In this document: piece by piece, positions 23,581 to 32,000 of the stretch | How positions within the stretch are numbered: the first letter of the stretch is position 1 | Layout of the letters: each line of letters begins with the position of its first letter | DNA from: Copranaerobaculum intestinale | Lineage (GTDB): Bacteria; Bacillota_I; Bacilli_A; Erysipelotrichales; Erysipelotrichaceae | Assembly (NCBI RefSeq): GCF_009831105.1 | Contig: NZ_WUUQ01000002.1 | Coordinates: forward strand, 60,001 to 92,000 | Direction: 5' to 3' | DNA length: 32,000 nt | The notes under the pieces: generated by a model | Seen by the model: the letters and a program-made list of their open reading frames with translations, nothing else | The model's database searches: none | What the model was told of the DNA's origin: nothing | Made by a program: the position numbers and the translations under genes

Positions 23581-24534
23581 ATGAAGAAGAAACTATTATT
23601 GGCTGCTTTACTTTGTTTCAGCACGCTCACAGCCTGCAGTCCCGGCAAACCTAAATTATGTGCAACTGTCTATCCGGTGCAGTATTTAATTAAGAGCATC
23701 GGCGGTGAATATGTGGAAAGCTGTAATATTACAGAAAATAAGGTGATACAGCGAGCTTCTATCAAAACAAATTTCAGTAAACTTTTGAAGGATGCTGATG
23801 CGCTGTTTTATATCGGTGGGTTGGAACCGTATATGGATATTTATCAAGAAGATATCAGTTCCTCCAATACCGATTTGATTGATTTATCCGCTCGTTCGGC
23901 TATCTATAAATTCCAGCGTTACTTTACGACCTATGCGTCTGATCAGACAGCGGTTGTAGAAGGCTCTTACTATGATGGCGATATCTTTAAATCAATCGAT
24001 CAATATGCGAATGATCCGATGATCTGGATGGATCCGATTGCGATGACTTCGATGGGCTCTTCGATTCGTGACTATTTGGTAAAAGAATATCCTGAATATA
24101 AAAAAGTATTCAATGAAAATTTTGAATCCCTGCAGATATCGCTGGCCCGGCTGGACAGTGAATATCAGGACTTAAAAGCAGTGCATAGTGATATCAAGAT
24201 CGTAACGATGACCCCAAGCTTCGGTTACTGGCAAAAATCCTATGGCATTAATGTGTATCCGGTCATTTTATCACGGTACGGCGCGCTGCCTTCTAATGCG
24301 CAGCTGGCGATTATTAAGCAGCGGATCATTGATGACGGAGTTCGCTACATTGTTTATGAAGACAATATGACCAATGATATGAAGAAGCTGTATAATACTT
24401 TAAAAAATGAATTGGGACTTATTACCATTGATTTATCAAATATTTCATCACTGTCAGCGGAAGATAAAAAAGCAAATAAAAACTATCTCAGTATCATGTA
24501 TGAAAATTTGAAAGTATTGGAAGCTCTGGAATAA
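23581..24534 (+). CDS. Lipoprotein of the TroA/ZnuA/PsaA-like (cluster A-I) ABC substrate-binding family; orphan, with a divergent metal site
   Basis: Start at ATG 23581, with AGGAGGG 6 nt upstream. Signal peptide plus lipobox (LLLAALLCFSTLTAC). Family-typical blocks TVYPVQYLIKSIGGEYV, DADALFYIGGLEPYM, NDPMIWMDP and KIVTMTPSFGYWQKSYG. No ABC permease or ATPase genes are adjacent. Confidence 0.75.
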   Translation: MKKKLLLAALLCFSTLTACSPGKPKLCATVYPVQYLIKSIGGEYVESCNITENKVIQRASIKTNFSKLLKDADALFYIGGLEPYMDIYQEDISSSNTDLIDLSARSAIYKFQRYFTTYASDQTAVVEGSYYDGDIFKSIDQYANDPMIWMDPIAMTSMGSSIRDYLVKEYPEYKKVFNENFESLQISLARLDSEYQDLKAVHSDIKIVTMTPSFGYWQKSYGINVYPVILSRYGALPSNAQLAIIKQRIIDDGVRYIVYEDNMTNDMKKLYNTLKNELGLITIDLSNISSLSAEDKKANKNYLSIMYENLKVLEALE

Positions 24535-24566
24535 AAAAGCGCAGTGATCAGCGCTTTTCTTTTTTG
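24535..24566 (+). terminator. Rho-independent terminator of the lipoprotein gene
   Basis: AAGCGC (24537-24542) pairs with GCGCTT (24551-24556), with an 8-nt loop, followed by TTCTTTTTT. Confidence 0.7.
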
Positions 24567-24650
24567 CAGAGGACTTTTCTAGGTAACTTTTCTGGAATGT
24601 GGTAAAATATAAATACTGTTATCAGGATCATGATCGGAGGTAATTAACAT

Positions 24651-27236
24651 ATGAAAAAAATGTTATTGATAGATGGTAATTCCATGCTGTTTCGGGCTTA
24701 TTACGCAACATTGTACGGAAGCCGTATGAGCACCTCAAACGGGGTGCCGACCAATGCCGTATTCGGCTTTGTCCATATGATTCAAAAAGCCTTAACACTG
24801 GTTGAACCGGATGTGGTGTTAGTAGCATGGGATAGTGGGAAGCCCACCTTCCGCCATATCGAGTACCAAGCATACAAAGGTACCCGTAAGGAGCTGGATC
24901 AGGAGCTGATCGTTCAGTTTCCGATTGCGAGAGAATATTTGGATGCGGCCAATCTGCATCGCTATGAACAGGATGGGGTCGAAGCGGATGATATCATCGG
25001 TACAATGGCCAGAAGTTATCCTGATTATCAGATTCATATTCTTTCCAGCGATCGTGATTTGCTGCAGCTGATCGATCCTACCACCGATGTATATCTGATG
25101 AAAAAGGGAATTACCGAAATTGAAGTGATGGATGAAGCTAAGCTGAAAGAAACAATGAATATTGAGCCTTTGCAGATCATTGATCTAAAAGGATTAATGG
25201 GTGATAGCGCGGATAATATTCCCGGGGTAAAGGGCATCGGCGAGAAAACAGCATTAAAGCTTTTAGATCAGTATCATAGTGTCGAGGGTGTGTATGAACA
25301 CTTGGATGATATCAAGGGCAAGCTGAAAGAGAAGCTGGAGACCGGAAGGGAAGCCGCCTTTTTATCAAAGCATTTGGCAACGATCATCACCGATGTGGAA
25401 ATACCGTTCACAACTGATGATTTGACCTATGAAGTCGATGATGAAAAGCTTCAGTCCTTTTTCAGAAAATATGAAATGAGCAGTTTTCTGAAACAGCTGG
25501 ATCGTCCTCAAGCAAAAAAAACAACTGTGGAAATGCAAATAGTCGAGCATCTGGATACGGCTTTTCTAAAGGATGATGTCATGATCTGGGCCGATATGGA
25601 CAATGAAAGCTACTATGAAGCTTCGGTGTATGGATTTGGGCTGTATGATGGGATTCACATGCAGTACCTATCCTTAGCGGATGCTCGTGACGATACTAAT
25701 TTTTTGGGACTGCTGAAAGGCAATTACCGTAAGATCGGGTATGATGTAAAAAATATATATCATGCCTTGAGCCGACTGGATATACCTTTTACGAAATTTT
25801 CATTTGACTTGATGATTGCGGCTTTTTTGTGCGATGGAACGTTAAGCGACTTCAGTAAGCTGGCACAAAAATACGGATTTTCTTACATAAACAATGATGA
25901 AATCTACGGAAAAAAAGGAAAGCCGAAATTGGCTGATGAAACGCAGCGTATTGCTTATGTGCAGGCGCAGCTGTCTGATTTTTATGCCTTGGTGAAACCA
26001 TTGCAGGACGAATTGGAAGCAAAAGAAATGACGTCACTGTTTCAGGAAATTGAAATGCCGTTGACGTATATCCTCTACGAAATGGAAAAAAATGGGGTTC
26101 ATACCAGCCTGACGATGTTGGAAGAGATTGCGAAAACGACTGAAGCTAGAATCAATGAGCTGTTGGATCAGATCTATGTGATCGCCGGTCATGAATTTAA
26201 CGTGAATTCACCAAAGCAGCTGGCGGTAGTTCTGTTTGATGAGATGGGTTTGAAGGGCGGCGGAAAAAAGCGCAGCACGGCCATTGATGTGCTGGAAAAA
26301 TTGATTCATGTACATCCGATCATACCATTGTTGATCGAACAGCGTAAGTATCAAAAAATCTATTCTACCTATGCGACTGGACTGGGAAGACATGTCCTGA
26401 AGGACGGAAAGATTCATACCATTTTTAATCAATGTCAGACGCAAACCGGACGGTTGTCATCGAGTGAGCCGAATTTACAGAATATCAGTGTTCGTGATGA
26501 GGAAGCAAAGGAAATCCGTAAGGCCTTTGTAGCCAGTGAGGGCTGTGTGCTGTTATCTGCTGACTATTCCCAGATCGAACTGCGTATGCTGGCTCACATG
26601 GCAAAGGAAGAAGAAATGATCCAAGCGTTCCAAAACAATATTGATATTCATACAAAGACCGCAATGCAGATCTTTGGGGTAACGCAGGAGGAAGTAACGT
26701 CCAATATGCGAAGAAGTGCAAAGACCGTTAATTTCGGAATCGTGTATGGACAGTCTGATTTTGGATTAAGTGAACAGCTTGGGATCAGCCGCAGGGAAGC
26801 AAAGCTGTTTATTGATAAATATTTTGAGTCCTATCCGCGGATCAAGACGTTTATGGATGAAACGATTGCGTTCTGTGAGGCGAACGGCTATGTGACAACC
26901 TTATTTAACCGCCGCCGTTATATTAAGGAAATCAGTGATAAAAATTATATGATGCGGGAATTCGGTAAACGGGCTGCGATGAATGCCCCGATTCAGGGAA
27001 GTGCTGCGGATTTGATTAAAAAAGCGATGATTGATGTATATACGAGAATGCAGGAAGAAAAAATGGAATCAAAAATGATCCTGCAGATTCACGATGAATT
27101 GATTTTTGATGTGAAACTGGAGGAGCAGGAAAAGATGATCCAGCTGGTTGAGGACTGCATGCAGCATGCGATGGAGCTTTCAGTACCGTTGATCGCTGAA
27201 GCCAAAATCGGATCGTCGTGGTTTGAAGCAAAGTAG
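24651..27236 (+). CDS. polA: DNA polymerase I
   Basis: 861 aa. 5' nuclease N-terminus (LLIDGNSMLFRAYYA..GDSADNIPGVKGIGEKTA). Pol motif A LLSADYSQIELRMLAH, motif B RRSAKTVNFGIVYG, motif C LQIHDELIF. The middle domain looks like the vestigial 3'-5' exonuclease type (DLMIAAFLCD). Confidence 0.95.
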   Translation: MKKMLLIDGNSMLFRAYYATLYGSRMSTSNGVPTNAVFGFVHMIQKALTLVEPDVVLVAWDSGKPTFRHIEYQAYKGTRKELDQELIVQFPIAREYLDAANLHRYEQDGVEADDIIGTMARSYPDYQIHILSSDRDLLQLIDPTTDVYLMKKGITEIEVMDEAKLKETMNIEPLQIIDLKGLMGDSADNIPGVKGIGEKTALKLLDQYHSVEGVYEHLDDIKGKLKEKLETGREAAFLSKHLATIITDVEIPFTTDDLTYEVDDEKLQSFFRKYEMSSFLKQLDRPQAKKTTVEMQIVEHLDTAFLKDDVMIWADMDNESYYEASVYGFGLYDGIHMQYLSLADARDDTNFLGLLKGNYRKIGYDVKNIYHALSRLDIPFTKFSFDLMIAAFLCDGTLSDFSKLAQKYGFSYINNDEIYGKKGKPKLADETQRIAYVQAQLSDFYALVKPLQDELEAKEMTSLFQEIEMPLTYILYEMEKNGVHTSLTMLEEIAKTTEARINELLDQIYVIAGHEFNVNSPKQLAVVLFDEMGLKGGGKKRSTAIDVLEKLIHVHPIIPLLIEQRKYQKIYSTYATGLGRHVLKDGKIHTIFNQCQTQTGRLSSSEPNLQNISVRDEEAKEIRKAFVASEGCVLLSADYSQIELRMLAHMAKEEEMIQAFQNNIDIHTKTAMQIFGVTQEEVTSNMRRSAKTVNFGIVYGQSDFGLSEQLGISRREAKLFIDKYFESYPRIKTFMDETIAFCEANGYVTTLFNRRRYIKEISDKNYMMREFGKRAAMNAPIQGSAADLIKKAMIDVYTRMQEEKMESKMILQIHDELIFDVKLEEQEKMIQLVEDCMQHAMELSVPLIAEAKIGSSWFEAK

Positions 27237-27246
27237 GTGAGGAAGT

Positions 27247-28080
27247 ATGCCGGAACTACCGGAAGTGGAAACAGTTGTCAGAACTTTGGAAAAAAAGCTT
27301 GGACATTGTACGATTGAATCAGTTGAAGTACGCTGGCCTAAGATTATCGATACACCGGATATCAAAACCTTTTGTGATCGTTTAAAGGGGCAGACGATCC
27401 AAAGCTATGGCCGTATCGGGAAATATTTGATGTTTGATCTGGGTGATCAGATGTTGATTGCGCATATGCGCATGGAAGGTAAATTTTACGTACAGAAGGC
27501 TGAAGAGCCGTATGATCATAAGCATGTTCATTTACTCATCAGAATGCGTGACGGGTTTGAACTGCGCTATCACGATACTCGAAAATTCGGCCGTTTTGCG
27601 TTATATGATAAACGGGAAGATCCCTATGCATATCCAGCCCTGAAGCATGTTGGATTGGATGCGTTTGATGAACGGCTGACCCCGACCTATCTGTATCAGC
27701 AGATGCATAAGCGGCGGATCACTTTAAAACAGGCGCTTCTCGATCAGCAGATCATGGCGGGAGTTGGCAATATCTATGCGGATGAAATCTGTTTTGCCCT
27801 ACGCATGCATCCAGCCACCAAAATATGGCATCTGCGTAAAAAAGATTACGAAACGATGCTTACGGAAACGCGAAGAATATTAAGCGGTGCAGCCAGAGCC
27901 GGCGGTACGACGATTCGGTCATATACATCTTCTTTGGGGGTGGATGGACGGTTTCAGCTGGAATTGAATGTACATGCACGGGAGGGGGAACCGTGTCCGA
28001 TCTGTCAGGGAATGGTTAAAAAGATTACTCTGGCGACTCGCGGTACTTATTATTGCCCTGCCTGTCAGAGGAAGCGATAA
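27247..28080 (+). CDS. mutM: Formamidopyrimidine-DNA glycosylase (Fpg/MutM)
   Basis: N-terminal MPELPEVETV (catalytic Pro2/Glu3), an H2TH region, and a C-terminal zinc finger CPICQG..YYCPACQ. Confidence 0.92.
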   Translation: MPELPEVETVVRTLEKKLGHCTIESVEVRWPKIIDTPDIKTFCDRLKGQTIQSYGRIGKYLMFDLGDQMLIAHMRMEGKFYVQKAEEPYDHKHVHLLIRMRDGFELRYHDTRKFGRFALYDKREDPYAYPALKHVGLDAFDERLTPTYLYQQMHKRRITLKQALLDQQIMAGVGNIYADEICFALRMHPATKIWHLRKKDYETMLTETRRILSGAARAGGTTIRSYTSSLGVDGRFQLELNVHAREGEPCPICQGMVKKITLATRGTYYCPACQRKR

Positions 28081-28664
28081 TGAAAAGAATTGGATTAACA
28101 GGAATCATGGGAGCGGGGAAATCGACGGTCATTGCCTGTTTAAAGGATATGGGAATTACTGTTCTTGACTGTGATACAATCAATCATGCTTTGATGGAAA
28201 AAGGAGAGCCTGGATATGCTTGCTTGATGGAAGCGTTTGGCCCATCAATCTTGAATGAACAGGGGGCGATCGATCGCCGTCTGCTTTCTGATCAGGTCTT
28301 TCATGATGATCAGAAACGGCAGCAGCTGGAATCTATCATGCATCCGCTGATTCAGCAGCGGATGGAAGACGAATTGAAAAATCATAAGCAGGAAACGATG
28401 GTCGTTGTAGAAGTGCCGCTGCTGTTTGAAATTCATTGGGAGCACCATTTCGATGAGGTATGGGTCGTCAGCGGTGATGAGGAAGTACTGCTTCAGCGGT
28501 TGGAAAAGCTGCGTAAAATCGATGCTGAGGAAACTAGAAGAAGATGGAAACATCAGCTTTCACAGGCAGAAAAATGCCGGCGAGCTGATGTGGTAATTGA
28601 TAACAGCGGTACACGAGAAGAGCTTCAAAAACAAATGAAAACTTTGATACAGGGAAAGGGATAG
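28080..28664 (+). CDS. coaE: Dephospho-CoA kinase
   Basis: MKRIGLTGIMGAGKST P-loop at the N-terminus. I chose ATG 28080, which shares one base with the mutM stop (TAATG) and has AGAGGAAG upstream, over 28053. Confidence 0.9.
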   Translation: MKRIGLTGIMGAGKSTVIACLKDMGITVLDCDTINHALMEKGEPGYACLMEAFGPSILNEQGAIDRRLLSDQVFHDDQKRQQLESIMHPLIQQRMEDELKNHKQETMVVVEVPLLFEIHWEHHFDEVWVVSGDEEVLLQRLEKLRKIDAEETRRRWKHQLSQAEKCRRADVVIDNSGTREELQKQMKTLIQGKG

Positions 28665-28667
28665 CGT

Positions 28668-29864
28668 ATGTTGAAGGTTGAAGATAAACTGACGATCGAG
28701 GGTATCATTACACTAAACGGGCGGCAGCTCGCTGCTTTGAATATGCTCTATCAGCCGTTGATGCAGGGTGATGCATATATCCTGTATCAGACGCTATATG
28801 CGCTAAGCACGGTGCCGACGAAAATCAACAATCATTTATTACTGAAGAATCTGACGGGGCTCAGTATGGAACGTATGGAGAAATGCCGTCATATTCTTGA
28901 ACAATATCTCTTGTTGAAAACATATTACAGCGGGGCAAAAAACCGCTATATCTATGAGCTTTTCGCGCCGCTGAACGGGGATCAGTTTTTGCGTCACGAG
29001 GTTTTCGGCCGTGTCTATATGAAGCAGATGGGGAAGCAGGTTTATGAGTTTGCGAAACGCTCCTTTGCCCTGCCTCATGAAAATAAAGATGAGTATCAGG
29101 ATATCAGTCTGCCGTTTGAGAATATCATCCAGAAGGGCTGGGAAGAAAAAGAGGAAGCAAGCTTCTTAGCGCTGAAGCCGGATCACAGCCCGTTAGATTC
29201 CAATACTATTCCAGTTCACTTCAATTATGAAGCTTTTTTGTCCAGCTGCTCGCAAGTGTTGTTTCCGGAAGCACAGCGCAGTGCTGAAAATCTTCGTTTG
29301 ATCGGTGAACTGGCAACCATTCATGGAATTGATGAACAAACAATGCGGATGTTCGTGGGAAAAAGCATCAATCTGAAAACTAAGCAGCTGAATGTGGACA
29401 AATTGAAAAAGCTGGTGCGTCATGCGCATGTCGACAATCCGGACGCACCGAGTGAAAATCCTTATCTGATGGCTCCGGTACGTTTTCTGCAGTTAAAGCA
29501 GGGGGGGATTGAGGTTACCTCCAGCGACCGCTTTTTGATCGAAAATCTGATCCGGGAATACCGCATGCAGCCGGAGGTTGTGAATGTCTTGATTGAATAT
29601 GTTTTGGAAAAGACTGGTCAGAAGCTGTCAAAAGCTTATGTGGAACGAGTTGCCGGCACTTGGATCCGGCTTCGTATCGATACCTGGGAAAAAGCCAAGG
29701 AACAGATTGCTCTGGAACAGGAACCGCAAAAGACCAAGCGTCAATATGGGAAAAAAGAAAAGCAGCTGCCGGATTGGTATGAGCAAAGCAATAACGAAGA
29801 TGATACTTCCGTAGTCGATGAAGCAGAACTGCAGGAACTGATGCGCAGTTTAGGAGGGGAATAA
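28668..29864 (+). CDS. Replication initiation and membrane attachment protein (Bacillus DnaB-type, DnaD-like domains)
   Basis: 398 aa, located immediately upstream of dnaI as in Bacillus. Has an N-terminal winged-helix-like region and a C-terminal DnaD-like repeat (VVNVLIEYVLEK..LSKAYVERVAGTWIR). This is not the replicative helicase. Confidence 0.7.
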   Translation: MLKVEDKLTIEGIITLNGRQLAALNMLYQPLMQGDAYILYQTLYALSTVPTKINNHLLLKNLTGLSMERMEKCRHILEQYLLLKTYYSGAKNRYIYELFAPLNGDQFLRHEVFGRVYMKQMGKQVYEFAKRSFALPHENKDEYQDISLPFENIIQKGWEEKEEASFLALKPDHSPLDSNTIPVHFNYEAFLSSCSQVLFPEAQRSAENLRLIGELATIHGIDEQTMRMFVGKSINLKTKQLNVDKLKKLVRHAHVDNPDAPSENPYLMAPVRFLQLKQGGIEVTSSDRFLIENLIREYRMQPEVVNVLIEYVLEKTGQKLSKAYVERVAGTWIRLRIDTWEKAKEQIALEQEPQKTKRQYGKKEKQLPDWYEQSNNEDDTSVVDEAELQELMRSLGGE

Positions 29865-29865
29865 G

Positions 29866-30780
29866 ATGGAGAAAATGCAATTTACCTTTACCTTGAGTGA
29901 AGAACAGCAAAAACTGAAGGAATATCATTTTCAGCATCTTGTGAAAGATCCGCAAATTCAGAAATGGCTGAAACAGTATCAGCAGCCGGAGCGTTTCATT
30001 TATGAACACACTGGAAAATTTATGGATTTTATGCGTCGTAAAGAATTTTGTAATCAATGCAAGGGCTTGAAATTCTGTGTTCAGCCGCAACCCGGATATT
30101 GCTTAAGTCTATATATGGATGATATCCTCATGGAGCGATTGGAGCCCTGTGCTTATCAGCTGGCGCAGGTGAATGACTTTGCTCACAAAAAACAGTATCG
30201 CATATGTGACTGTTCCGATGCGATGCTGCGGGTGGATCTTAGCAAGCTGGATGTTTCAAAGGAAAGCAATGAATATAAGAGCATGCTCATGGAAATTATA
30301 ATGGAAATTCGGAAGGAAAAGCTGAATAAAGGCATTTATTTTTATGGTCGTCCCGGAGTGGGGAAATCATTTCTTGCCGCAGGCATTACCAATTACTTTG
30401 CCAAGCAGGGAAAAACTTGTGCATTTATTCACATACCGACGCTGATCGGTGATCTGAAGCTTTTGTTCCAGGATAAAAGCGCCTTGGATCATAAGCTGAA
30501 TCTGATTAAAAATGTCGATGTGGCAGTGTTTGATGACATTGGCGGGGAAACCGTCAGTGCTTGGAGCCGTGATGAAATACTCCTTTCGTTACTGAATGAA
30601 CGTATGGAGCAGCGCCGATATACATTGTTTACCAGCAACTATTCTCAAAGTGAACTGCAGGAGCATTTTGCAATCAGTGCACAGGGCTTTAAGGAACCGG
30701 TAAGTGCAGATCGGATCATGGAAAGAATTAAAGCGCTTTCTTGTGAAAAATTTATTAAAGGTACGAGCAGAAGGGTATAA
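29866..30780 (+). CDS. dnaI: Primosomal helicase loader DnaI
   Basis: N-terminal Cys-rich zinc module (CNQCKGLKFC..C), AAA+ Walker A GRPGVGKSFL, Walker B VAVFDDIGGE. Confidence 0.85.
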   Translation: MEKMQFTFTLSEEQQKLKEYHFQHLVKDPQIQKWLKQYQQPERFIYEHTGKFMDFMRRKEFCNQCKGLKFCVQPQPGYCLSLYMDDILMERLEPCAYQLAQVNDFAHKKQYRICDCSDAMLRVDLSKLDVSKESNEYKSMLMEIIMEIRKEKLNKGIYFYGRPGVGKSFLAAGITNYFAKQGKTCAFIHIPTLIGDLKLLFQDKSALDHKLNLIKNVDVAVFDDIGGETVSAWSRDEILLSLLNERMEQRRYTLFTSNYSQSELQEHFAISAQGFKEPVSADRIMERIKALSCEKFIKGTSRRV

Positions 30781-30840
30781 AAAGCTAGTAAATCTTGTCA
30801 GAAAATGTTATTATGTTAGTCGTGAATGGAGGTATTCCAT

Positions 30841-31803
30841 ATGATAAAACGCATAGGTGTATTAACCTCCGGTGGTGACGCCCCGGGTATGAATGCTGCA
30901 ATTCGCGCTGTTACTCGTGTAGCTATCAACAGCGGTATCGAAGTTTTTGGTATTTATGACGGATATCGTGGCATGGTAGAAGGTAGGATCGAACCTTTAA
31001 CCAGGCAGAGTGTCGGTGATATCATCGACCGTGGTGGTACCCTGCTTGGATCGGCCAGACTGCCTGAATTCAAAGATAGTACCGTTCGTGAAAAAGCGAT
31101 CGAGCAGCTGCATAAGCGAGGAATCGAAGCCGTCGTTGTAATCGGTGGCGATGGTTCTTATCGCGGGGCGCTCGCACTGACGGAAATGGGAATCAATTGT
31201 ATCGGTCTGCCCGGTACGATTGACAACGATATTTCCAGTACAGATTTTACGATCGGTTTTGATACAGCGCTTCATACGGTAGTTGATGCGGTCGATAAGC
31301 TGCGCGATACATCCAGTTCACATCATCGCTGCTCAGTGGTGGAAGTGATGGGAAACCGCTGCGGCGATCTCGCGCTTTGGGCAGGACTTGCCTGCGGTGC
31401 GGAAATAGTCGTTACTGCACAGACCGGTTTTGAAGAAACGGAAGTGCTGGAGCGGCTGCGGGATTTTGATCTGGTTCGCAAGAAACGTCATGCGATCGTG
31501 ATCATCTCGGAAAAGATTACTGATGTTCATATGTTTGCCAAAAAGATTTCACAGACAACCGGCTTTTCCGGACGTGCGACAGTATTGGGTCATGTACAAA
31601 GAGGCGGCTCGCCTACGCCGACTGATCGTGTCATGGCTTCCCGCATGGGAGAAAAAGCGGTCGATTTACTGATGCAGGGAATCGGCGGTCAGTGTGTCAG
31701 TATACGTGATAATGCGATTGTTGGAGTTCCGATTGAAGAAGCGCTGAATATTCCGCGTGCTTCAAGAAGACAGCTTCAAAATCTGTTTGACCGTCTGGTT
31801 TAG
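30841..31803 (+). CDS. pfkA: ATP-dependent 6-phosphofructokinase
   Basis: [40 protein letters not shown] and GHVQRGG. I chose ATG 30841, which has GGAGG 8 nt upstream, over 30826. Confidence 0.95.
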   Translation: MIKRIGVLTSGGDAPGMNAAIRAVTRVAINSGIEVFGIYDGYRGMVEGRIEPLTRQSVGDIIDRGGTLLGSARLPEFKDSTVREKAIEQLHKRGIEAVVVIGGDGSYRGALALTEMGINCIGLPGTIDNDISSTDFTIGFDTALHTVVDAVDKLRDTSSSHHRCSVVEVMGNRCGDLALWAGLACGAEIVVTAQTGFEETEVLERLRDFDLVRKKRHAIVIISEKITDVHMFAKKISQTTGFSGRATVLGHVQRGGSPTPTDRVMASRMGEKAVDLLMQGIGGQCVSIRDNAIVGVPIEEALNIPRASRRQLQNLFDRLV

Positions 31804-31823
31804 GATTGTTGGAAAGGAAATGA

Positions 31824-32000
31824 ATGAAAAATATGGAAAGAAGAACGAAAATCATATGTACGATCGGACCGGCTTCTGAAAGCCCGGAAATGTTGGAGAA
31901 ACTGGTATCGGCCGGAATGAATATCACCCGTCTGAATTTCTCTCACGGAGATTATGAAGAGCATGGAAAACGAATTGAAACCATTCGTCAAATCGCCAAG
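31824..32000 (+). CDS. pyk: Pyruvate kinase, 5' fragment that runs off the window
   Basis: Absent from the ORF track because there is no stop in the window. ATG 31824 gives [59 protein letters not shown], the canonical Pyk N-terminus. Follows pfkA as in Bacillus. RBS AAAGGA. Confidence 0.85.
   Translation, partial: MKNMERRTKIICTIGPASESPEMLEKLVSAGMNITRLNFSHGDYEEHGKRIETIRQIAK

Noticed and set aside
24651-27236. Possible unusual loss of 3'-5' proofreading in PolA.
   Set aside because: The degenerate exonuclease motifs (for example DLMIAAFLCD instead of YxxxD with acidic partners) match what is already known for Bacillus-type PolA enzymes, so this is not novel.
29515-30090. 191-aa minus-strand ORF antisense to the DnaD-like/dnaI junction.
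   Set aside because: It is fully embedded antisense to two strongly supported genes. It has low-complexity, Leu/Phe/His-rich composition, no RBS and no recognisable motifs, which is typical of an antisense shadow ORF.

Overview
This window looks like an ordinary, syntenic core-chromosome segment of a low/mid-GC Bacillota genome; family-level placement cannot be made from the sequence alone. I did not find a convincing novel multi-gene system.

Contents in order:
- Two tandem SIS-domain (UPF0309-like) paralogues, the first truncated by the window edge.
- A HAD hydrolase converging on a minus-strand pair: a PD-(D/E)XK nuclease fused to an XPD/DinG-like Fe-S helicase, then a DUF218/YdcF membrane protein.
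- An RluA-family pseudouridine synthase.
- A complete 9-gene V/A-type ATPase operon.
- A 7-tRNA array: Arg, Pro, Met, Ile2-like, Ser, fMet, Phe.
- A roughly 600 bp AT-rich spacer.
- A cell-shape, division and sporulation block: SPOR-like gene, radC, mreC, mreD, minC, minD, an AI-2E transporter, then a SpoIVFA-like/SpoIVFB-like pair.
- An orphan TroA-like lipoprotein.
- A tightly packed polA-mutM-coaE-dnaB(DnaD-like)-dnaI operon, then pfkA and the 5' end of pyk.

No transposase, integrase, CRISPR array or recognisable defence island is visible.

The most checkable oddities:
- An unannotated GC-rich 37-codon mini-ORF, plus short repeats and a promoter, in the spacer after the tRNAs.
- The nuclease-helicase fusion.
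- A metal-binding-protein homologue that seems to have lost its metal ligands.
- A single-hairpin proteolipid subunit with a long N-terminal extension.
- An initiator tRNA with two U:U oppositions in its T stem.

Several starts in the ORF track were moved to internal ATGs with better ribosome-binding sites. All domain calls come from motifs read by eye, not from database searches.
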